DNA of 61,393 nucleotides, counting the filler, from Basidiobolus ranarum (taxonomy: Eukaryota): the NCBI GenBank assembly GCA_040143965.1. It is 19 parts of 19 records of this genome, joined end to end, with 100 filler letters (N's around TTAATTAATTAA, not from the genome) between each part and the next. Parts side by side here need not be neighbours in the genome. Positions count along the whole stretch, not along the records: positions 25,948 to 29,084 come from JASJQH010002703.1; positions 29,185 to 32,321 come from JASJQH010002704.1; positions 32,422 to 35,557 come from JASJQH010002705.1; positions 35,658 to 38,791 come from JASJQH010002706.1; positions 38,892 to 42,024 come from JASJQH010002707.1; 14 more parts are not named here. One strand, 5' to 3'. Position 1 is the stretch's first letter. The number at the start of each line of letters is the position of its first letter. A program made the position numbers and the translations under genes. Shown in pieces: positions 28,083 through 41,447 of this stretch. The notes beneath the pieces are model-generated. The model did not search any database and had not been told where the DNA came from. It saw only the letters and a program-made list of their open reading frames with translations.

Positions 28083-28279
28083 ATATAGAAATGTATAAAT
28101 ATGTATAACAGTATATTTTTTTTAAAATCATATACTAAAAAAATGCTTTTTAATAAAACATTAATTTGTAGTAAATATATAACAATAACAGTTGTAAGTA
28201 GTAAATTATTTTGTCTATAAATATTTCTTCGTCTGGACCAAATATTATTATCGGACATGTTAAACTGGTTGCATAAATT

Positions 28280-29084
28280 GGGTCAACAAAAAGTTTGGTC
28301 TAATAAAAAAGTTTTGGGTTAAAACAAAGTTTGGTCCAAGAAACAAAGTTTGGCTTGAAAAAAAGTTTGACCCAAGAAAAAGTTTTGGATTAAAAAAAAA
28401 GTTTTGTCCAAGAAACAAAGTATTAGCCAGAGAAAAAATAAATTTTATAAGATCATAAATAAAATATCGCAAAGTTTGAATCAAGGCTAAAAAAATAAAT
28501 TTTAGGGGATTTAAAATAAATTATCGTTAAATCCAAATTAGGATTAAAAAATTAAAATTATAAAATTTGAAAATAAGATATTTTGTAAAGTCCAAATTAG
28601 GATATAAAAAGTTAATTTTATAAAACCATAAATAAATATTTCGTAAAGTTCGAATTAGGATATAAAAAGTTAATTTGGAATAATTAAAAATAATTTCGTA
28701 AAGTCCGAATTAGGGTTTAAGAAGTTAATTTGGAATAATTAAAAATAATTTCGTAAAGTCCGAATTAGGGTTTAAAAAGTTAATTTTATAAAACCATAAA
28801 TAAATATTTCGTAAAGTCCGAATTAGGATATAAAAAGTTAATTTGGAATAATTAAAAATAATTTCGTAAAGTCTGAATTAGGGTTTAAGAAGCTAATTTG
28901 GGATAATTAAAAATAATTTCGTAAAGTTTGAATTAGGGTTTAAAAAGTTAATTTGGAATAATTAAAAATAAATATTTCGTAAAGTCCGAATTAGGGTTTA
29001 AAAAGTTAATTTTATAAAACCATAAATAAATATTTCGTAAAGTCCGAATTAGGATATAAAAAGTTAATTTGGAATAATTAAAAA
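28280..29084. repeat. AT-rich tandem arrays: ~20-bp degenerate units (28280-28425), then 55-58-bp units
   Basis: TTCGTAAAGT(C/T)CGAATTAGG recurs at ~28640, 28695, 28750, 28808, 28863, 28918, 28976 and 29034, with degenerate copies from ~28465. Confidence 0.95.
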
Positions 29085-29195
29085 NNNNNNNNNNNNNNNN
29101 NNNNNNNNNNNNNNNNNNNNNNNNNNNNTTAATTAATTAANNNNNNNNNNNNNNNNNNNNNNNNNNNNNNNNNNNNNNNNNNNNTTTAAAAAATA

Positions 29196-29267
29196 TGCCT
29201 ACTGCCGGGATTGAACTGGCGACCTTCAGTTTACGAGACTGACGCGCTACCACTGCGCTAAGCAGGC
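29196..29267 (-). tRNA. tRNA-Thr (anticodon CGU), intronless
   Basis: GCCTGCT/AGTAGGC acceptor stem, D arm GCGC-AGTGGTA-GCGC, anticodon arm TCAGT-CTCGTAA-ACTGA, GTTCAATC T loop, downstream oligo-T Pol III terminator. Confidence 0.93.
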
Positions 29268-29580
29268 GAACATGAAGCAAAAAAACTAACCTTATTACCA
29301 ACCTATTTATTATCACAGCAAAATACCATAGACAACAATCATTACCAGCATGAATTTTTCGATCTCTCATGTATGAAAATTACACTTCGTTGCATAATGT
29401 CTATTTGTGACTCTCAACAATAATTTTAAAAAATTATCACTTAATGTAGATAGTTTTTTCAATATTGCGGAAGAAAAATTCCAAAGATAACTGACTTTTC
29501 ACGAAATTTATTTTGATAAATTGTTTACCAACATTGCAGCATATTTACTTTAGGTATTAGCACTACTAAAGTGCCCTATA

Positions 29581-31686
29581 ATGTTTCCACACTATTTACA
29601 AAAATTCCCTCCGTTGAGGGCTCTTTTCCCAACAACTGATAGGTTATTTATCAGGAATTTCTATACTAGTACTCTACTTCGACAAGGAGTAACTAAAACT
29701 AGTTTAAAAAAAGCCCCTTCCAAAAGAGTAGCCAAGGTTAAGAATGTGGCCATTGAAGAAGTACCACCTCCAAAGATAAAAGAAAAACTTGAACCAGTTG
29801 AACTTTCAATAGAACAATTAAAAGCCATTGATGAGGCAATGTCTGGTCGCAATGTATTCCTAACAGGCTCAGCTGGTGTGGGTAAAAGTTTTATGTTGCG
29901 TTATCTCATTGAAAAACTTAAGGATTCTGGCAAAAATGTTGCCGTTACTGCGCCAACAGGTTAGCCAGGTATTTTTTTATTGATCAACTCGAATATGATC
30001 AGACTTAATACTTTCGCTCTTAGATAAACCTAATGGCAGTTTTAATACTTAGGTATTGCGGCATTTCATGTTGGTGGACATACAGTACATCACTTTGCGG
30101 GCCTTCCAGTACGTAATATTAGCAATCGTGAGCTTGCCATGATCGTCACTCGTAATCGTCGAGCTGCCCAGCGTTGGAAAGAAACGGATGTACTCATTAT
30201 CGATGAAATTAGTATGGTGGGGAAACAGCTTTTTAGCACATTGGATTATATTGCTCGTTGGGTACGACGAAGTAAAAGCCCCTTTGGAGGGCTTCAGCTA
30301 ATTGTATGCGGCGATTTTTTCCAGCTTCCACCTGGTAATTTCCTTTCTAGCTAACATATATGAAGTAACTTTATTAAACGGTAACTAACTTACTATACAG
30401 TTTCAGACCTCCAAAAGTGTGTCAATTGTGGTCAGGTTTTCCCACAAGAACAAGGCACGAGAATACTTTGTCAAAAGAATAACTGTAAACCAATGCTAAC
30501 TCAGCATTCAGAGTATGCTTTTGAATCGAAATCTTGGGAAGAAATGAATTTTGAAGTAAATGAGTTCACACAACCTTTTCGTCAAACGGATAGTCGGTTT
30601 GTCGATATCCTGAATAGTATACGTATAGGAGAGTGTACTCCATCGGTAATCGAAGTGTTGCAACAGTGCAAGCGAGATTTTGCTCCCACTGCTTCAACAA
30701 GTATTCTTGTAAGTTATAAGAATTCAATCCAAGTAATATGTATATCATTAACTTAATTTTTGTTTCAGCCCACCAAACTTTACACTCTTAGAAAGCAGGT
30801 AGCCGATGAAAATATGTATAACCTTAAGAAACTCCCTGAACACTCTGTTACTTACGCGGCAACACAAGGCCCAGCCAAAGCCAAAGAGGAGCACATCAAT
30901 GCCTTAAATGTAACCCAAGCGGATGAGCAACTTGCTTTAAAGAAAGGGGCACAAGTTATGCTATTAGGTGAGATTTTTTGATTAATGGTTATCAACATAC
31001 AAAGTACTAAATTTATTTGTAATGAAAAGTAAATATTGACGTTGAGCAGGGGCTTGTCAATGGGAGTCGAGGAGTGATTGTTGGATTTCGAAAATCCACT
31101 TCAGCGAAAACCACAATAGAGAACGAACGAAGTGATTTCGCCGAATTAGATAAAGACCATTCGTTCCCTTTGTCATCAGCAAATCTCTATCCAATAGTCA
31201 AATTTCGAAATGGTGTTACAGCTACGATTGGACCTCACACCTGGGAAGTGGAAATACCACAAACTGCAGTTAACGAAAAACTTGGTATCAAACGAGTCTG
31301 GAGAACTCAGCTCCCGCTTAAATTAGCATGGGCTCTTACTGTTCATAAGGTAGATCAAGATTCACTATAGATATACATCTGTAACCAACCTTTAATACTT
31401 CTATTAGTGCCAAGGAATGACTCTTGATTATGCAGAAGTTTCTTTGCAAAATATATTTGCTTGCGGTCAAGCATATGTTGCCTTAAGTCGCGTCCGGTCA
31501 TTGGTAAGTTGTGAAATAGAATAATCCAAACACAATGAAAATTAACCCATGTGCTATTTACAGGAAGGTCTATACTTAAAGCATTTCAAGCCAGATGTTA
31601 TAGTTTCTGATGAGCGAGTTCTTCAGTTTTATAAATCCCTTGGGGCTCCACAAAAGTCCTCGCAGTCAATCGTTCAGCAAATGTAA
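29581..31686 (+). CDS. PIF1: PIF1 5'-3' DNA helicase, multi-exon, with a probable mitochondrial leader
   Basis: TGSAGVGKS, TAPTG/IAA, IIDEISM, FGGLQLIVCGDFFQLPP, FRQ, QLPLKLAWALTVHK/CQGMTL, GQAYVALSR; GT-AG introns. Confidence 0.95.
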
Positions 31687-32030
31687 AATAGGCATATAGA
31701 TTAGTTATTTTTCAAATATGTATTTTATCTCTTGGTAACCTTGTTTTTACCTTCACCATCATATTCTCTTCGATTAGACATTCGCATTTCAAAGTAACAA
31801 TTGAAACAAATCAAATAACAAATGCAAATATAAAACATCGTTCTTGTGAAAACTCTAAAAAAAGCTGTAGCTTGAAAATTCGATCGAATTTATTAACTAT
31901 CTAGTGATTGTTGGTAATTTACTGATTTTTAGAACACGTGCTAGGTACAAATGAAAGCGAACAAGATAATGAAATATATCGAGCTTTTCAACCGTCACAT
32001 TTCTGGAACATTTTACAATATCGAAACAAT

Positions 32031-32321
32031 TTATAATTTATCCAAGAAACGGTCAAGAGGAGGAATTTCCTCACTAAGTCCCTTTCTCTTACGGATATTC
32101 TTTACAATTTCGCTAACAATAGAGCCGGCATCAATAGGGGAGCCGTTCATCAATTGCCAGTGATCAAAGACACATTGAGGGAAGGCTTGTCCACCGGTGT
32201 TGGAGCGATGATCAGCGGTAAATCCGAAAGATTCGTTACCTGGTAAATAGGCCTTGACATTGTAAAGGGGAGTACCAGGACGTGGCTCTTCAGAAATAAC
32301 ATGACCACGACGTCTATTCAA
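32031..32321 (-). CDS. EFT1: Translation elongation factor 2, C-terminus; 5' end truncated
   Basis: [53 protein letters not shown]. Confidence 0.95.
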   Translation of the reverse strand: MNRRRGHVISEEPRPGTPLYNVKAYLPGNESFGFTADHRSNTGGQAFPQCVFDHWQLMNGSPIDAGSIVSEIVKNIRKRKGLSEEIPPLDRFLDKL

Positions 32322-32421
32322 NNNNNNNNNNNNNNNNNNNNNNNNNNNNNNNNNNNNNNNNNNNNTTAATTAATTAANNNNNNNNNNNNNNNNNNNNNNN
32401 NNNNNNNNNNNNNNNNNNNNN

Positions 32422-32936
32422 ACAATGACAAGAGGCTAGAAGGCAGGAGAGTACTTTGGTGTAGACCACAAGACAAGACTGGACAAGGAAGATACTTTGG
32501 CAAGAATCTTTATTGACAACTGGCATTGATCAGACTGAGGTCTGATCAAGGAATACATGGGGCTTATAAAGATATTGCCAGGTGAAGCATAATATACTTA
32601 ATAGGGAATATACTGTGGCAAGTTTGAGAGTTGGGGTGTTGGGGACTACAAGGATCAATACAAAGAGGGATGATGTACAGATGGTGTAAGGATGGTGTAA
32701 GGATGATCAGGTGACCTTCCATGGTTGGTCTTGGCAGAAATACACTATGTGTGGAATGACATAATTAGTTAGGTTTGATGGAATGTTCCATAGAACATGA
32801 TTTTCATATAAGGTAATCTGGATGAACTGACACCAGATTGCTGGGAAGGGATGGCACAGCAGATATGATATCATAATCTAATAATAGAGAGGTTCTATAT
32901 GTAGTGGATCAGTATGCCAAGATCAGAATCATGACA
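32422..32936 (-). mobile_element. Gypsy LTR (same family as 18054-18567) inserted in a Copia LTR
   Basis: Begins TGTCATGATTCTGATCTTGG on the minus strand at 32936; colinear with the LTRs of both Gypsy copies. Confidence 0.85.
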
Positions 32937-35557
32937 GCTTTATTTTGGGACAATATATAATTATCTCACAAAGCTATTCACAACTCCACTATTCTAAAGT
33001 TCCTCCAAACAGCCCATATTTTCCCAATAGGTTATGAGCCCGATGTTCTAACCTGCTCGGCATGACAGAAACCACTACTACCACTTTTATTAACTCAAGT
33101 GTTCTAAAGCTTGATGGAGAAAATTAAAATATCTGGAAGTTCAAGATGCAAATCATGCTGGAAGACAGGGAGCTTTTGGATGTAGTCTCTGGAGATGAAA
33201 ATGAACCTTCTGACCCTTCTTTACTGGACGCTTAAAAGAAAAGAGACAAGACAGCCTTTAAAGTCATTTGTCAAAGTTTGAAGGATTCACAACTTATGAA
33301 TATTCAATATGCAAAGACTTCCCATCAAGCTTGGACTGTATTGGAAGAGTGCTATGAAGCAAAGAGTCTAGCTAACAGACTCTTTCTCAGACAAAAATTC
33401 TTCAATATAAAGATGGAAAAGTCTGAAAGCATGGTTACTCATATTGCAAATGTGATATCTTTGGCAAAATAACTGGAAAATATTGGTGCAACTTTACAGG
33501 AAGAAGATGTCATTATGACTCTTCTAAGTAGTCTACCAGAACAGTATTCAAACTTGGTCACAGCTTGGGAAGCAAGATCTGACAAGTTTTCTTTGGAGTT
33601 TGTGGTGGCAAGGCTAATGGATCAACATCTCAGAAGTAAGAATTTGGAAAAAAAATCTGAGGAAGTAGCCCTTTTTGTAGCTGGAAAATGTAGCTTTGGC
33701 AAGTACAAAGGTTACAAAAGAAGGAAACCAGGTTTATGCTATGGTTGTAACAATCTAGGACAGCAGATAAAAGATTATAAATAAAGAAATTACAATAAAA
33801 ATGAGAAGTCAGAACAAGCAAATCAGGTTTCAGCCAAAGAGGAAGTTTTATTCATTTCTGTCCTATCAATGACCTTTGAATAAGACTGTAGGTCGTGGTA
33901 TATTGAATCTGGAGCCTCTCAACATTTCTCTAATCAAAAAAACTGGTTGAAGACACTCAAAACCAACATAAACAAGAAGGTTTATATGGGAGATGACCGG
34001 CTGCTAGAAGCTCTGGGAGTGGGAGAAATTGAAGTGGATCTTGGTGGCATCTCTGGAGACATGTATTTGACACTGAAAAGTGTGCTATATGTGCCTGGGA
34101 TAGCAAAAAATTTGTTATCAGTGAGTAAAGCTACATCGGAGCAATACAGCTCTAATTTTGATCAAAATGGCGGTACAATCAGGGATCAAAAAGGGAAGAA
34201 CACAGCTTCTGGAGCTAAGTAAAATAACTTATATAAACTTCATTATATTAGGCCAATATATGAACAAGTTAATACTGCCACAGCTAAAGAGATAGACTGG
34301 AAAATCTGGCATAGGAGATTGGGTCATCTAGGAACTGAAAATATGAGATATTTAAGTAAAAACAAGATGGATATGGGACTAAATTTTGTAATTCCACCAG
34401 ATCTGGAGCTATGTGAAGGTTACCTATATGGCAGGCAACATAGACAGCCGTTTGTGGGCTCTGGAATGAGCAAAATGGATCAAAAATTGGGCCTGATACA
34501 TTCAGATCTGTGTGGCCCATTGCAGACAAAGTCCTTAGGTGGAAAAAGGTATTTTATGACCTTTATTGATGATAAGACAAAGTATATTTGGGTGTACCTT
34601 CTGGCCAGTAAGGATGAAGCCCTTGTTACCTTCAAGAAATTCAAAGCAATGGTGGAGACTGAAACAGGTCTAAAGATTAAGATTATCCTTACTAATACTG
34701 TAGGGGAATACACCTCAAAACTCTTCTGTAACTTCTGCTCAATGCAACATATAAAGCAGCAGACTACAGTGCCATATTCTTCACAGCAGAATGGAGTAGC
34801 AGATTGTGCAAACAGATCAATAATGGAAAAAGCAAGATTGATGCTTCATGATCAAGATTTACCAGAACTGCTCTGGGCCAAATTGGTAGCAACTGCAGTA
34901 TATATGAGGAATAAATGTTGTTCTAGGTCTATATTGGCTATCACACCTTATCAAGCTTTGTTTGGAAGTAAACCTGATGTGGCTTATCTCAGAGTTTTTG
35001 GAAGTACCACATATTCAATGATTCCAGACCAGAAGAGATCAACATTAGACCAAAAATAACAGAAATGTCTTTTTTTTGGCTACTGTGATGGAATAAAAGG
35101 GTACAGGCCATAAGACACTGCAAATCAGAGGCTAATCAAGTCAAGTGATGTGCAATTTGTGGAAGAAGAAAAATTTTCAATCACAACAATGCAGGATCAA
35201 GAAAAACAACCAAAAATTGATGAAAATCTACTTTCTTTCACCAGATTTTGATCAGTGAGAAAAACATGGAAAATCTCTCACCTGCATTCTCCTCAAGCAA
35301 GCCTGAGGTAGTTTCATTGCCTAAATTGGTACCTGAAGCTGTAGTGCCAATTTCCCGTCTTAGGAGATCCAATTGGATGAGACCTCCACCTGATTACCAC
35401 TCTCACACCAGCCAAAAGGAACCTAGTGCTATTTAGCCTTTTTTTGATGAGCTCAAACCAGTACAAGAGGCTATGGAGAGTTCTAACACAAAGTTTTGGA
35501 GTGCTGCAATGGCAGAGGAGTATCTGTCACTCATGTTTAACCAAAGTTAGACTTTGG
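32937..35557 (+). mobile_element. Degenerate Ty1/Copia element: LTR end, PBS, gag, protease, integrase
   Basis: PBS GGTTATGAGCCC at ~33030; gag MTLLSSLPEQY; protease WYIESGASQH; integrase LIHSDLCGP, FIDDKTKY, QQNGVAD; stops and frameshifts. Confidence 0.94.
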
Positions 35558-36438
35558 NNNNNNNNNNNNNNNNNNNNNNNNNNNNNNNNNNNNNNNNNNN
35601 NTTAATTAATTAANNNNNNNNNNNNNNNNNNNNNNNNNNNNNNNNNNNNNNNNNNNNTTTAGACTACTTCACCATCTTTTTACTGTAGAATACTTGATAG
35701 ATCATGAGAAGCAGTTCTTGAAGGCTACACTTCTGGGCACCCATTCTAGGATTCATTGGTTAGATATATCACTTCTGCCATTTCTCACCCTTCATTCCTT
35801 GTGATTTATATATTTTATGCTTCAGCATTTAACATTATGACTGACAATATAAATAGTAACTATATATGTAGTTAAATTACTGAAACTTTGTGATTTATAT
35901 CTTTGAAATAAAGATTTCATCATAGTAGAGGCTTTTCTCTCTCTCTAGTACTTAATACGCCAAGTATAAGTATGGCTGGTTCATCTAATCAGAAATAAAT
36001 CAATAAGAACAATGAATCACATAGCATAAAAATACTGCATGCCTTATGATTCTTTTACCGTATATTGTTGAACACTAGTGGGAATAGTCACAACATATAT
36101 ATGTAAATCATATGCCATTTCCGATTTTCCTTGATGCATTTTAAAATGCAAATTACTTGTTGAATGTCAAACCATTAATTGTGTTATTTGATAGACCCGT
36201 GTTGGTAGTGCAAGCCAACAAAATACGAGACATCATGCTGGAGCCTTAGCAATACAATTGACTGATCGAACAATATTCGGGAAACGCACTGGACAGTCAT
36301 TGCATGATTAAATCCCGAGTAAACAAGATTACACCATGCACAACCATAGTTGACATGTGATCCCGTTGATGGTATTACTTGATTGAATAGTGCACTTTTA
36401 TTTTTAGAGACTCAGGTTACTAAATTCATAGGGCTACA

Positions 36439-37682
36439 TTAGGCACTGCTAAATAGCAAGAGGTTGGGTGTAGCTCCTTTCAAGTCGGTCAAAACATCTT
36501 TGGTGGCAGCTGAAGTTAAAGCAGCGTAAACCTGTTGCGGAGTGGATACCTGTCCTTCAGCCAAAAGTAAGGCTGCAACACCAGCGACATGAGGACTGGC
36601 CATACTAGTACCAGAGAGTTTTTTACTAGCATTGACATCGCCAATATAAGCAGAGTTAATCTCTGTTCCAGGTGCGGAAATCTGTACACAGGACCCCCAA
36701 TTACTAGTATGTCTACGAGAGTCAGTAGGGGTAGTGGACCCAACTGCAAAAGCAGAAGGGGCATTTGCGGGAGATACGTTGCAAGCATCTTGACTCTCAT
36801 TTCCGGCAGCAACAATAAAACTAACACCTGCTTTAACGGCTGCTTCCACTGCTGCCGTCAGAGCTGCACTCTTACCACCACCCAATGACAAGTTAGCTAC
36901 ACTCTTGCGGCCACTGGATTTAGCTTGTTCGGCTACCCAGTTAATACCAGAAATTACTCCAGATGTACTTCCGGTACCCTTGCCACTCAAAACTTTAACT
37001 CCAATTAACTTAACTTTCTTGGCGACACCAAATGTTTTTCCACCAACGGTACCAGCAACATGTGTACCATGGCCATTCAAATCTTCAGTCTCCTCACCCT
37101 GAATGAAACTAACCGGAAGACTGGCCCTGCCTTCGAAGTCTGCGTGTGCAGCATAAATACCAGTATCGAGGACGTAAACATCTACACCTTCACCAGCGGA
37201 AGTTGGATAGGTATAGGGAGCGGTTAAGTTCAAAGTTCTCTGAGAAATTCTTGGTAGACCCCAACTAGGAGGATCTGATTGAGATTCACTCAAGGAATAT
37301 TCTTGTTCAGCTTCGATGAAATCAATATCCGAATGACTACTCAACTCAACCACCAAAGCCTCACTCAGTGTCCCAGCGTAAGCTTTGAAATTATTCAAAT
37401 TAAACTTGGTACGAAGTTCGTTACGAATTGCATTTCCTCCACTGCGACCACGATTGTACTGATCCAACTTGGATTTAAGGAAGCGATCGACTAGAATTAG
37501 AGTGAGTAAGAGTTGAATTCTCTAAATCAATTTCAATCAGTTATACCTTGTAAAGTATCAGCTTCACCCTTTAGTTTGATAATGTAGCGATTATCCAATT
37601 TGAGAGTTTGAGCCTCAATAAGCGGAGTTGAGAATAGCACTGCAGCCAAAGTACCAAGAGCGAAAATGCGGAAGTTAACCAT
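36439..37682 (-). CDS. Secreted subtilisin (S8, proteinase K-like) with I9 propeptide; intron 37491-37546
   Basis: Signal peptide MVNFRIFALGTLAAVLF; RYIIKLK; catalytic triad motifs LDTG, HGTHVAG, GTSMASPHVAG. Confidence 0.96.
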
Positions 37683-38891
37683 GATTTGTAAGGCAAGACG
37701 AAGAAGATGTGTATTAAAGAAGGAAATTGGGATGCTTATATACAGTTCGGAAGGATGTTATGCGTGAGATAAATATTTCGTGGGAAGAGATATACAAGAA
37801 TATAGATTTGTTACTTGAACGGCGCTTAGAGGAATAAATCTCGTAAATTCTTGTATAGTATGTTTGTAATTTACACCTTAACTTTCCCATTGACTTCTCT
37901 CACATCAACAAACGGTATTATCAGCATATAAATACTTGACGTGATTCAGGGTAATATCGGTTAGTTAGCAATAATCATGAAGTTAGTATATAGAAAACTG
38001 TCATACGTGAAAGTTCTTTTTCAGTCTTGGGCGAAAGGAAATAAGGAAACTAGGGCGTTGTACACGATGATCAGTTTCCTCGGTAAAAGATCAGCATTTA
38101 CACTCACCCTTTTGAGAACCAAGGTGTGAATTATATCAGGTGCCAATAATAACTCCTTGGTTACAGCTAATGAACAAATTGCATTCCAAAATCCCGAATG
38201 ATAATTCCTCACTTATGCTACTTCCAATATATTCCGATATAACCCGAATATCGATAATATATTTATTCGGTTGGGATTGAGACCATTTAAACCAGTACAA
38301 ACTATATTAGGATATCTTTAAACTAATTTCCAAGTAAATGAGGAACAAAACTATGAAACACTGTTACATATTCCAAGATATTCTAACAAGGAACAGGATG
38401 ACAGCTGAAGATGTGTCAGTCACAACCGAGTATACTCATGAATTTATCGTTACTGTTAATAATAGGTATAATCTATGTTATTCACAGCCATTCATTATCT
38501 TTTTAGGCAAGGAGAAGGTCAACAAAGATAGCGTATCAGTAAGATACTGGAATATAAGCCCTATACCTTTATTGCTCTTAAACCCAATTGGAGAAGGACT
38601 ATGACTAACCGTCGCCCTCATTAATAAGCAGCCAAAATATATGTATTTATCTACGTGATTTTAATGAGGATGATGGACTTTAGCATCTAGTGCTTTCTAT
38701 ATGGTCTAGTGCTTTCTATATGGCTTCCCTTTCCCTCGTTACGTTAGTCTAAACTAAGGGTTTTGTTATGTACACTATGACTTCATAACCANNNNNNNNN
38801 NNNNNNNNNNNNNNNNNNNNNNNNNNNNNNNNNNNTTAATTAATTAANNNNNNNNNNNNNNNNNNNNNNNNNNNNNNNNNNNNNNNNNNNN

Positions 38892-40148
38892 GTTCTCTAA
38901 GCAAATTCTACAAAGCGATACTTACCCATCCTGGCGGTAGGCGATTTAGATCTATTCTTGATAGGTGCTCTACTCCAAGCATAGGTACCGTTAACAAATT
39001 CCAATATCCAAACGTCATTATCATTAGGGGAGTTAATTGTGTCTTGTCCTGTTCCACCGGTGCCTCCTTGAAATAAAACGTATTTGAGTAAACAGTCTAG
39101 TTAAAAAAGAATTTTGAAAAGCTTTACCGAAGACGATCATCTTGTCAGTTAAACAATTTGCAGTATGTCCAATCCTGAGTTATGAAATAATGGCCAACTC
39201 TACGTTAAAATTGGGAGGAGGGAGGGACAAAGGGATATCAAATAAAATGGAAACCTTGCACTGGGTACCGAAGATCCGCCATTTTCACCTGTATATGGCA
39301 CATCTAGCGTCCACCCTCTAGTACTGAGATTGAATAGATGTAACCTATTGACAGCTTGATCCTGAGCACTCCCGCCAAAATATAAAATACTATTTTGTGA
39401 AGCAAGGTAACAAGCTGCTTGAAAGTATATGGCTGGTCCCGGGGAAGCTGAATACCATACTTGCTGAGATGTGTCCTTTATCATATCATTTGCAAAGGAT
39501 CGTTACTCTCTAAAAATACATCTCAATGAAGAATATCGCAGAACTTACAAAATCACTGAGGTCACTTAAAATATTGGCACCATTTAACGCACCATTAGCA
39601 TCCGCTTGAGTCCCACCAAATAGATAAGCCTCTTCATTAGCGATAGTATAGGTAAAAGCCAGTCTCGAGAGTGGCACGGCACCAGCTGTTTGTAGAAGCA
39701 GTTAACCATTAATTACTATTACCTTTGCAAACTATTTCCAATACTTACATGAAGTAACATATGACCAGGACCAACTATTGGTATCAAGCACCGCAACCGG
39801 TCCTTCCCCGTTTTCAGCATATGGCATAAAGGTAAATATTTTGTCAGAAGTAATAGGGCTGATAGATACTTGAAGCTTCTGAGGAGTTTTCGGCGGCCTA
39901 TCTTGTTCAGGTTGAAACCAAATGCGTGTTTTCAAATCCCAAACAAATAGGTCAGTGGTACCCGGAAGTTGTATGGGGTTTTTTCCAGATACAGTATTGT
40001 TAATTCCGCCGAATATTATGAGTTTCCCATTAGCTACAGCAGAAGAGTGAAAAGATCTCCAAGCAGGTGTGGTTGATTGTGCCGTAAGAGCACTTTCTAC
40101 CAGAATAGTTAAAACCAATGAAAAACATGCTTCCAAAGGAAGCATCAT
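38892..40148 (-). CDS. Signal-peptide-bearing kelch-repeat protein, multi-exon; 3' end truncated
   Basis: Repeated GG-containing blades (LIIFGG, AYLFGG, ILYFGG, MIVFGG) with downstream W; hydrophobic N-terminus. Confidence 0.8.
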
Positions 40149-41447
40149 ATTAAACGATGCAAAGAGAGGTGTTACTAATGCAAAACTGGTTTCTATATCT
40201 CTTTACAAAAATAGCCTAGGAAGAGAAATTTAGCAATTGTTGGGAAAGGAAAAGCAGGTTAACGAGAGGTCGCCCTCTAACAAGTTGCGCTTGCGAGATG
40301 GATTAGATTGTTGGGATCACAATGGCGACATAATCTCTCTAAAATTAGCCCATTATATTTAGACGATTCTATACCTTCTTGCAGCATAGTTAATTGTACA
40401 TCCACATTTGATATGATAATTGATTTTACCTTATGTGATCAACTAATTATTACCGATAGGAGACGAGTGGCGGCAATGTTTACTAACTACCAAAAGCCAG
40501 TCCAGGCAGCTTATAATATTGTATTCTCTCAGATGCTTAATTAGGGAAAATAATTAAGCGATTATCCGCCCACATTTCTGAGGCATCTAACAAGAGTGAA
40601 CGAATTTATTGATACCCAGTTGTTTGAGCAACTAAGACTAATCGGCTTGTCCAGAAGTGGCCTTCCTTGAGCCGACATTCCTACCTAGTAGTTGTCTGAT
40701 CAAACTTCATTTACTAGGAACCTCACTCGACAACATACGAAATTCTATCATCATGTAGATCACACAAAGCCTTTTATAAAACATTGAGTCACCTCTGATT
40801 GGCTTTCTATATTTAATCATCAAATTAATGACAAAAGCTCTCTATTTACATATCAATGTCTTAATCGTGACCAAAAGGACTGCGATTATGACAGCATTAA
40901 CAAATCGATTAAAACCAAGTCTCTTTCTGTTTAAGGGTCAAGTGACCCTGAGGTCTCTGTAGGTGGTTATATGCACTGATTGCTTGCCTGACATTTCAGG
41001 TGATACCGATTGTGGATATTCGAATCTACAAACTGTGTAGCGAAGTGGCTAGGCACAGAAAAATCCGGAATTGATTGAACTGATACCGGGCATTCTTAGC
41101 TGGGTTGACCTAAATGGCAGTGGTCATATTTCTTCAAACATCTTGCGGAACTGATGTTACGACTAAATTAATCCGGAGATATTTTAGCTCGTACGAAGGT
41201 GACATCATCATGTACATAGCTCAACGAAAGGTGTTTATTCATAACTCGTACATGATTCTTGAGCTACTTGATTAACAAATGGTGAAAGAATGTAGAGCGC
41301 AGAAATATTCTCTTTGTCGTCAGGAAAGTTGACGGGCATCGAGAATAATATTAAATTTTAACATTTGAAATAAATACAACGAGAATTGACTGATATTGAA
41401 ATACACATGCTCGTGAATGAATGTATGCTTGAATAAAACTTAGAATC

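Noticed and set aside
27905-28484. Hydrophobic minus-strand ORFs of 117 and 74 aa
   Set aside because: Explained by AT-richness, antisense overlap and the short tandem repeat.
28600-29084. CRISPR-like array
   Set aside because: The intervening sequences are themselves repeated, there are no unique spacers and no cas genes.
29137-29370. 77-aa ORF
   Set aside because: Overlaps the tRNA gene and runs into the spacer.
26128-31686. polB, tRNA and PIF1 helicase as one mobile element
   Set aside because: An artificial spacer at 29085-29184 separates them, and PIF1 is an intron-rich host gene.
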